A DNA stretch of 64,000 nt from Hormiphora californensis (Eukaryota; Animalia; Ctenophora). Location of the stretch: NCBI GenBank assembly GCA_020137815.1, contig CM035354.1, positions 7,068,001 through 7,132,000 on the forward strand, in the 5' to 3' direction. The notes below the pieces were generated by a model. It had not been told where the DNA came from. It worked only from the letters and a program-made list of their open reading frames with translations, and did no database searches. The position numbers were made by a program, and so were the translations under genes. Shown one piece after another: positions 55,712 through 64,000 of this stretch; within the stretch, counting starts at the first letter, position 1; every line of letters starts with the position of its first letter.

Positions 55712-57168
55712 ATGAGGTGGTGTTAGTACTTAGTATTGAGTTAGTGTTAGTATTGAGGTAGTAACATGAGGTAGTGTTAGTATTGAGGTAGTAACATTAT
55801 GAGGTAGTGTTAGTATTGAGGTAGTAACATGAGGTAGTGTTAGTATTGAGGTAGTAACATGAGGTAGTGTTAGTATTGAGGTAGTAACATGAGGTAGTGT
55901 TAGTATTGAGGTAGTAACATGAGGTAGTGTTAGTATTGAGGTAGTAACATGAGGTAGTGTTAGTATTGAGGTAGTAACATGAGGTAGTGTTAGTATTGAG
56001 GTAGTAACATGAGGTAGTGTTAGTACTGAGGTAGTAACATGAGGAAGTGTTTCTTCTTCTTCTTCTTCGTAGAGGCTGTCTCAGCCCCGTGAGGGGCTGA
56101 GATGAAGGGATGTAGCACAATGGTTACGTTCCCCAGCCTTGAGGTACCCCGACCAGAAATACGGGATTTCTGGGGTGTACTTCTTGGAGTCGTAGTGTTT
56201 TCTACCTAGAGGACGGATGAGGGTCCTCGGGGTGTAGTAGTTTCTCCGCCCTTCGGTAAAACGTGACGGTTTTTTGGAAGGGCAGGTGGTGTCTTATGTC
56301 GTCTAAAGTCACGCACAGTTTATCGAATACTTCTTGTCGAAGTTTCCACAGTAGTGGGCATTCTGTGAGTGCGTGTTTGACAGTTTCGTCCTCCATCCCA
56401 CACAGGTTGCAGGTTGAGGTTTTGACTTTTTTCAGTTTTTTCATATGGTAGTTTAGATTGCCATGTCCCGTGAGAAGGTGCGTGGCAGCTCTTAGATTAC
56501 TTCTAGTCATGTTTTTCAGAGATTTCCCAAATCGGTCAGCCCATATCATATCCATGTGGTTAGATATTTTCCTGTTACCGGTTTTAATCTTGTTCCTTAG
56601 GGCTGCATATGCTGCAGCTTTGGGGATTGGGATTAAGGTTTCTTCTGAAGTATTTTGAGCACCCTTTTTGGCAAGAGTGTCAGCAAGTTCTTTCCCATGA
56701 TGTGAGGTAGTGTTAGTACTGAGGTAGTAACATGAGGTGGTGTTAGTATTGAGGTAGTAACATGAGGTAGTGTTAGTACTGAGGTAGTAACATGAGGTAG
56801 TGTTAGTATTGAGGTAGTAACATGAGGTAGTGTTAGTATTGAGGTAGTAACATGAGGTAGTGTTAGTATTGAGGTAGTAATATGAGGTAGTGTTAGTATT
56901 GAGGTAGTAACATGAGGTAGTGTTAGTATTGAGGTAGTAACATGACATGAGGTAGTAACATGAGGTAGTGTTAGTATTGAGGTAGTAACATGAGTGATGA
57001 GGTAGTGTTAGTATTGAGGTAGTAACATGAGGTAGTGTTAGTATTGAGGTAGTAACATGAGGTAGTGTTAGTATTGAGGTAGTAACATGAGGTAGTGTTA
57101 GTATTGAGGTAGTCCGTAGTAACATGAGGTAGTGTTAGTATTGAGGTAGTAACACGAGGTAGTAACAT
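55712..57168. repeat. 30-bp minisatellite (gaggtagtgttagtattgaggtagtaacat)n interrupted by a LINE
   Basis: Arrays at 55712-56048 and 56701-57168. Confidence 0.95.
56050..56700 (-). mobile_element. 3' fragment of an I/R1-group non-LTR retrotransposon (RNase H end, CCHC knuckle, (AAG)n tail)
   Basis: GKELADTLAKKGA...LLTGHGNLNYHM...CNLCGMEDETVKHALTECP, then a 3' hairpin and a (GAA)n tail at 56050-56068. Confidence 0.85.
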
Positions 57169-57300
57169 GGAATTAATGTGAAATTATTTTGCGGTGAGAG
57201 AGGGTCAAGCAAGGAAAATTAGGCACCACAGTGTTTGTTGATTAGTAGTTTTATTTTGGGGGTGACGAGACACAGGAAGGAAAAGGATCAATCAAATGAG

Positions 57301-58005
57301 TTAGAATTTCAAAGTATTGAATATTTTGGTAAAACTGGTTCTTCGTCGCATATCAAAATTCTGTCGATCACTGATCCGACTGCTAATAAGAAAACTCTTG
57401 GTGCGTCCTTTCCTCGTAATCGGAAGAGGCGGTTCCTCTTTCAGTACCAACTTCCCCTTTTCCTCTCTATTAGTTGGGGCGATATAGTCACAATCCAGAT
57501 CTTCTATGGTGAGGTCCTCTGTCATCGGGCCCGGGGGACCTCGAGTGGCAGTTGGGGTCGGCAAATTGTCCTCTTTCTGCTGTTCATTGTTGTTACCAAG
57601 GGAGAAGAAATTCATAACACGGGATAAAAGACTAATGGAGTTCGGTTGATGCCCCAAACCCTCGACATCCCTCTCAGTTTCTTTCACTCCGTTATCGTGG
57701 TCAGGCTCTGTCGCTGCCGGGACTTCCCCTCCCAGAACTTGGTGAGCAGATACCAACTTTTCATCATTTGTGATGGAGCTGATGTCAGGGATTGTACGGA
57801 CTTTGGAGGCGGCTTTAGGTCGAGCTGACCGGCGGGTGTGGTGTTTAACCGGCTTTAAAAGTGGTCGGAGTTTGTGTCGTGGTGTCGGGAACGTCCCATT
57901 ATTTGCTAGACCAGGTTGAGGAATTTCTGGAAGGGGCGAATACTCGAAGGAGCTGAATTCTCTTTTTACTGCTGCTATTGGATGGAGACTTCGAAACTCA
58001 GACAT
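57301..58005 (-). CDS. Intronless ~234-aa orphan, basic/Pro-rich and probably disordered
   Basis: Open frame MSEFRSLHP...RRRTSFTKIFNTLKF*, preceded by an acceptor-like cttacag. No recognised domain. Confidence 0.55.
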   Translation of the reverse strand: MSEFRSLHPIAAVKREFSSFEYSPLPEIPQPGLANNGTFPTPRHKLRPLLKPVKHHTRRSARPKAASKVRTIPDISSITNDEKLVSAHQVLGGEVPAATEPDHDNGVKETERDVEGLGHQPNSISLLSRVMNFFSLGNNNEQQKEDNLPTPTATRGPPGPMTEDLTIEDLDCDYIAPTNREEKGKLVLKEEPPLPITRKGRTKSFLISSRISDRQNFDMRRRTSFTKIFNTLKF

Positions 58006-58152
58006 TTGGATCAAATTAAATTCATGTTTACACTGTAAGCTTCCCAACGCAGTGCTCCTTTATAAAATTATCCATGACGGATTTATAAAAAACGAATTTA
58101 AAGTTCATTGTTCATACTCCATATATCTCAAACCCACATCAATATTCCTTTC

Positions 58153-61014
58153 CTAGTTATGTTTCTTGTTCTCCTCATCCTCTTCATCTTTAACCCGCTG
58201 AATAAGAGCATTCATTATTGGAGACCGATCACCCGGTGCTCGGTTGAAATATTCCAGCTGATGATCACTGTATGGCAAATCTGAAAGAAAATCATGTTTT
58301 CAATGACAATACATAATACAATTCATCAGTGCTTGTATAACGCCGGTACATTATGGGTACAGCCTACAAAGTACAAGATTTAGGCTGTCCTAGGCCATAG
58401 TGCTATCTAGTCGACTACAGTCGGTATAACCAAAGAAAGAAAAAAACCCAATAAAATATTTTCTTACCAGTATCAATTATATTTCTCCAATCCGGCTTCT
58501 TCCAGTCACCATTGAATGCCTCCAGCAGCTTTATCTTGTTTTCAGTGGTCCCAACGGCGTCGTGCGGAGAAAGATACAGGATATCTGGATCAAGGACGTT
58601 CTTAAATACAAATACCGCACGAAATCTGCAGGGGAAAAACAAGGTTAAATGACATGATGCTCAACACTTTCTCACCATGGAGGGTTAGAACTAGGTAGAA
58701 CTAGGTATGTAACAATTACAATTATTACGATTAATGGACCCAAAGAGCACTTACGCAAAGTGGCCACCATATCGGGGGCTAACTGCACACCCAAACATCT
58801 TTTTCTCTCCCCAAGGAGCTGATTCGACCTCCTCAGGGCGGTTATAGTACGCCATCCCTGCCGCATGTCCCGCTGTACACATGTTAATCTTGGGTAACTT
58901 GGTCCTTTGGTCAAGATCATAATCATAGATAATATCAACTTCTTCATTAGGGAAAAGCTCATCTTTAACCTGGGAAATATGGAGATGTGTGAGGTAGGAA
59001 GGGTCAGGAATAGTGGAGATGTGTGAGGTAGGAAGGGTCAGGAATTGTGGAGATGTGTGAGGTAGGAAGGGTCAGGAATTGTGGAGATGTGTGAGGTAGG
59101 AAGGGTCAGGAATAGTGGAGATGTGTGAGGTAGGAAGGGTCAGGAATAGTGGAGATGTGTGAGGTAGGAAGGGTCAGGAATAGTGGAGATGTGTGAGGTA
59201 GGAAGGGTCAGGAATTGTGGAGATGTGTGAGGTAGGAAGGGTCAGGAATTGTGGAGATGTGTGAGGTAGGAAGGGTCAGGAATAGTGGAGATGTGTGAGG
59301 TAGGAAGGGTCAGGAATTGTGGAGATGTGTGAGGTAGGAAGGGTCAGGAATAGTGGAGATGTGTGAGGTAGGAAGGGTCAGGAATAGTGGAGATGTGTGA
59401 GGTAGGAAGGGTCAGGAATAGTGGAGATGTGTGAGGTAGGAAGGGTCAGGTAATGTGGAGATGTGTGAGATAGGAAGGGTCAGGTAATGTAGAGATGTGT
59501 GAGGTAGAAAGGGTCAGGTAATTTGGAGATGTGTGAGGTAGGAAGGGTCAGGTAATGTGGAGATGTGTGAGGTAGGAAGGGTCAGGTAATGTGGAGATGT
59601 GTGAGGTAGGAAGGGTCAGGAATAGTGGAGATGTGTGAGGTAGGAAGGGTCAGGAATAGTGGAGATGTGTGAGGTAGGAAGGGTCAGGAATAGTGGAGAT
59701 GTGTGAGATAGGAAGGGTCAGGTAATGTAGAGATGTGTGAGGTAGAAAGGGTCAGGTAATTTGGAGATGTGTGAGGTAGGAAGGGTCAGGTAATGTGGAG
59801 GTGTGTGAGGTAGGAAGGTCAGGAAATGTGGAGATGTGTGAGGTAGGAAGGGTCAGGAATAGTGGAGATGTGTGAGGTAGGAAGGGTCAGGAAATGTAGA
59901 GATGTGTGAGGTAGAAAGGGTCAGGAATAGTGGAGATGTGTGAGGTAGGAAGGGTCAGGAATAGTGGAGATGTGTGAGGTAGGAAGGGTCAGGTAATGTA
60001 GAGATGTGTGAGGTAGGAAGGGTCAGGAAATGTGGAGATGTGTGAGGTAGGAAGGGTCAGGAAATGTGGAGATGTGTGAGATAGGAAGGGTCAGGTAATG
60101 TGGAGATGTGTGAGATAGGAAGGGTCAGGAAATGTGGAGATGTGTGAGGTAGGAAGGGTCAGGAATTGTGGAGATGTGTGAGGTAGGAAGGGTCAGGTAA
60201 TGTGGAGATGTGTGAGGTAGGAAGGGTCAGGAATAGTGGAGATGTGTGAGGTAGGAAGGGTCAGGAATAGTGGAGATGTGTGAGGTAGGAAGGGTCAGGA
60301 ATAGTGGAGATGTGTGAGGTAGGAAGGGTCAGGTAATGTGGAGATGTGTGAGATAGGAAGGGTCAGGTAATGTAGAGATGTGTGAGGTAGAAAGGGTCAG
60401 GTAATTTGGAGATGTGTGAGGTAGGAAGGGTCAGGTAATGTGGAGATGTGTGAGGTAGGAAGGGTCAGGTAATGTGGAGATGTGTGAGGTAGGAAGGGTC
60501 AGGTAATGTGGAGATGTGTGAGGCAGGAAGGGTCAGGAAATGACATAAATCAGATTAGCAGGATACTTGCTGTGTCTCACCTTGTTCATATAGTGCTTAG
60601 TGCATAAATCAACATAGTCCTTTTCCTGTTCTGGTCGTTCGTTAATTACAAATGCTGGCAGTGTCTTTTCGAACATTGTGGCGTTGGACAACACAATCAC
60701 ACAAGCTGAAAGAGACATTCTTCGGTTCAACTTAAGTAGTGTAAGTAGGGAGGAAAACCAAATCGTCCCCCGCAACTGCAGTAGTCACCTGTTTTGGGGT
60801 CTAAGTCCAGTTTGACAATGTCCGACATTTTATTATACCACTCGGGGATAAACGGGGCAGCATCATAGCCGAACTTTTTGAGGTACTTGTCAATGGCGGT
60901 GGCGTACTTGACAGTAACGGTGTTTGATTTATAGTAGTAGTAGAGTATACCAGTCACAAATATTATAGCTATAATAATGTGTATAATCACACCAATGTAA
61001 AACCATGGAGGCAT
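58153..61014 (-). CDS. MMACHC: Cobalamin-processing enzyme CblC homologue with an N-terminal transmembrane segment
   Basis: Spliced: FGYDAAPFIPEWYN...|ACVIVLSNATMFE...DYVDLC...|IIYDYD...PKINMCTAGHAAGMAYY...PWGEKKMFGCAVSPRYGGHFA|FRAV...PHDAV...LLEAFNGDWKKPDWRN|LPYSDHQLEYF...DR. Collinear with human MMACHC motifs. A further 5' exon (ATG 61172) is possible. Confidence 0.9.
58980..60540. repeat. 34-bp purine-rich minisatellite (~46 copies) filling an MMACHC intron
   Basis: Unit ggagatgtgtgaggtaggaagggtcaggaatagt, with variants at the last positions. Confidence 0.95.
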
Positions 61015-62551
61015 CCTAGGGGAGAATTGTTTTTTTACAATCTTTTCATGCTTTAAATGTACCCAGCCGAAATTTTTTCAAAGAAATTTAAGTTGTGTTT
61101 TGGGTAGCAACAAGCTTTCTCGTCAGAGGCTAAGGAATGCTGTTTCCAATTGGACCGGGACGATTCCTGCATCCTGGTGGAAGAACTAAGAAGAGAGAAA
61201 AATGGGACTGGATATGGAATGTTTCCAGGGAGAGGAGGCTCTGTAAGGAAGTGGCTCCGATGTAGGATCTAAACAAAGACAATACCAAGAAACAAGCCGA
61301 AAAGTTTGAAAATGACTCGTTTTTTATGAAAAACGACGAAATCGCGAAGAATCAAGAAAATGGAATTGGTAAACGTTGCAGCGCGGGATAGGGATCCCTA
61401 AAAAAGTTCAGTATTTTATATTTACACAGCGTTTACACAGCGTTTACACAGCGTTTACACAGTCGTTACAGGGATCCCTAATGAAGTTGTAGCGCGTAAC
61501 ATTTATGGCAGCGTTACAAATTTGGATAAAAGCCGCGCGCACTACACAGTAGGGTTATCGATCTTTGGAATAAGGAACCATATACTCCATTTTTTTTCAA
61601 CTGTTCACCCCCCAAAGTCGTGCGCGGAATTTTAATTGCGCGACTATTTGACAGGTTAACGTGTAGCGCGCGCAGCGTACAAATTGAATAAATAGCAACG
61701 CACAGCACGAGTTGGCCGGTGAGAACACGTTGAAATAACAAAAGACTATCAGGAACCATAATCAGTTGCAAGATTGCGCCAAGAAACATAAAATTCACGA
61801 AAATTTCGGGACTAATTTTAAATTCCAAAGTTTAGATCCAATCCTGTAACCTTCAGAGGCTGTTATGTACAAAAACCTACACATACACGTGTCAGCTCTT
61901 AACAGACGTGACCACACTTGTACACTGCAGCACTCCATATGCCTATATTACAACTAGATATCTATTAATCGCTGTACCACACAGAGATTTTAACAACATC
62001 ACATTACATCAAACCCTATCCTGGGCTAGCTCCAGACAGTTTGGGTCTTACCGACTGACAGACAACAGTGTAGGGACAGTATTTTCTGACTCATGCACAG
62101 CTGAGAGGGTCGGGACACATTGTCAAGATTCAATAGCGAATGGAGTTGAGATCGTGTGTCTCGGCCCTTGGATTGTAAAAATAAAATAACATTGATTTAA
62201 AAGGTTGCAAATGTAATGGATAACAGAGGGTAAAATTTACACAAAATATAACCACCCAACACTCTCTCACTACACAGTCACTGGTAAGCTTACTCGCTGG
62301 TAAGACTCCAACAACAAATGAATCAACAACTGCACTAGCTATACAGGGACAATAAAACTCCTTGCACAATTCGATCCTAATAACTCATCTCTATCATTGA
62401 AACTTTTTCACGCCCCGCATCGGACTTAATCGGGCAGAGTGTGACCACTGGTCAGTGACCAGTGGTCACTGACTCTAGGCAGGGGTCACTCATGAACGAT
62501 CGCTCTAATTTCACATCACATTCTCCTCATAATTCATAATGATAATCTAAC

Positions 62552-62750
62552 AGGGCCTGAACTCCAAGCCTAAAGGACTCCGAGTCTAAGAAGTCTTAAA
62601 TTTAGGGCCAAGATTAGGGTCAGATTTAGGGCTACGATTATAGAAAGTTGTATGGATATAGTTAGGGTCAAGATTAGACAAAGAGTCCGTTTTGTTTGAG
62701 ATTCATAGACTTTTAGACCTAGAGTCCTTTAGACCTAGAGACCTAAAGCC
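62552..62750. mobile_element. Degenerate small inverted-repeat element with internal ttaggg-like repeats
   Basis: ctaaaggactc.gagtctaagaagtc is imperfectly inverted at gacttttagacctagagtcctttag. Confidence 0.4.
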
Positions 62751-63030
62751 AAATCAAATATTTTCATCCCTCACACAGCTTCTTTACACAATCAATACAG
62801 TTTTTACATTCTCTTTACATAGTAAAATTATAATGCTCTGGTAAAATCTCCGGAGACTCGATCCAGCTAAGCCCTCCCCGGACTCTGCTAGTATAGAAGT
62901 CAGTCGCCCCCAGATCCTCCTCGCTTTTCTCCGATCAGAAAGTATAGCTGCATATATATGACGCTCTAGCTCTCTCCGTTCAGTTCTACTGAGTCACGTG
63001 ATATCATGACGTCACACTATGATGACGTCA

Positions 63031-63521
63031 TCAAGCACTTGAATCATCCTCATCATCAGTTCCATCACTGTCCGTTGAGAAGAAACTGAAAACAGGGAGG
63101 GTGGGTTAGTTAACAGTTTTAGTACTATTCTCACCGCTCGTTTTGTTCAAAACAAGGTAAGTAAACTGCATGGCAGTGAGATAAAATCGACAAAATTACA
63201 AATATGATGAGATTGAGAGTGGGAACTAACTGTCAATAATTTTCCGTTTATGTCTGTCACATCGTAGCATGACTGTCTTTCATGTCTGTCTTTTTGAGCG
63301 GTCTAAAGAAAGTTGTTCAGGTCTGTGAGGGATTGTTTCATTCTCTTCCTCCCCCCTCTTTTGTATTCAATCTCTCTCTCTCTCTTTCTCTCTCACCTAT
63401 CATCTTCATCATCACTATTATCACTGAGACAGCAGGGTTGGTCGGCGGATGACATTATCAGTAGTCCCTCGCAGAACTTGCCTCCCATTTCCTCAAGGTG
63501 TTGCGTACCAAGTTGACAGCC
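63031..63521 (-). CDS. Possible 3' exons of a gene with an acidic C-terminus, continuing towards or beyond the window end
   Basis: ag|GCQLGTQHLEEMGGKFCEGLLIMSSADQPCCLSDNSDDEDD|gtgag ... ag|FFSTDSDGTDDEDDSSA* joins in frame. Upstream exons were not resolved. Confidence 0.4.
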
Positions 63522-64000
63522 CTGGAGAATGGGGTTCTTATGTTAGAATGGGGCGAATTGGGACATTGGGTATAAGTATAGGCTATTAGAAGGAGGAAAG
63601 GGGTTCTATAATGTTAGAAGAAGGAGGAAAGGAGTATCAACTACATCCGATCTGCTCCAAATTTCTATAGATTTCACAGTCGATATTAATAGAAAGGGGG
63701 TGGAAAGTAATTCAATTTCCATACTAGAGTTGCAGTAGTTGACACGCATGATTTCACAGAAAAGGAGGAGTTTAATAAGTTCGTCTAAATTTAGTACTGT
63801 TGTTCGACAAGCAGCCCGTCACCGACAGGCTCCTTAGGGTGGGGACGAAAGAGAGATGAAGAGAGACAGTGGGTGAGAGAGAGAGAGAAAAAGAAAGGGA
63901 GAAAGAAAGAGAAAGTTTATCTTTGAATAAATAAATTCCAAGTTGAATATATTCATTCACGTGATATTTTTAAAATGTTTGAACCTACTAAAACAGCTTC

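Noticed and set aside
55797-57168. Repetitive ORFs (TTSCYYLNTN)n and (TTSILTLPHV)n apparently fused to an RNase H/CCHC region
   Set aside because: These are translations of a stop-free 30-bp minisatellite into which a LINE fragment inserted.
60727-60790. Apparent frameshift in MMACHC between ORFs 60727-61014 and 60533-60775
   Set aside because: Resolved by an ~80 bp GT-AG intron giving DPKT|ACVIVLS, collinear with the human protein.
62596-62672. ttaggg copies as interstitial telomere
   Set aside because: Only a few non-contiguous copies inside a degenerate inverted-repeat element.

Overview
Eukaryotic (animal) genomic DNA with short GT-AG introns, (GA)n microsatellites and many MITEs. Nested antisense genes, an intronless LDLa-rich GPCR and splice acceptors just upstream of several ATGs suggest a ctenophore-like genome (inference only). 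Genes reconstructed by manual splicing: a ~17 kb FAS-like type I synthase (minus strand), an intronless CaaX-ending orphan inside one of its introns, a TMEM272-like gene, a ZnT/SLC30 transporter, a giant multi-Ig/CCP single-pass receptor, ZNHIT2 with an LDLa-7TM GPCR inside an intron, an orphan ORF, and an MMACHC/CblC homologue with an extra N-terminal transmembrane helix. The most striking result is the FAS-like gene. Its ketosynthase has lost the catalytic Cys and apparently both His residues and it stops at the ACP with no thioesterase, while the AT, DH, ER, KR and ACP motifs are intact. Mobile DNA includes a foldback MITE, a piggyBac with an internal palindrome, a Helitron, two LINE fragments and several TA-target MITEs. 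Two local duplications show deletion-rich decay and may be assembly artefacts. All family assignments come from motif recognition by eye; no searches were run.
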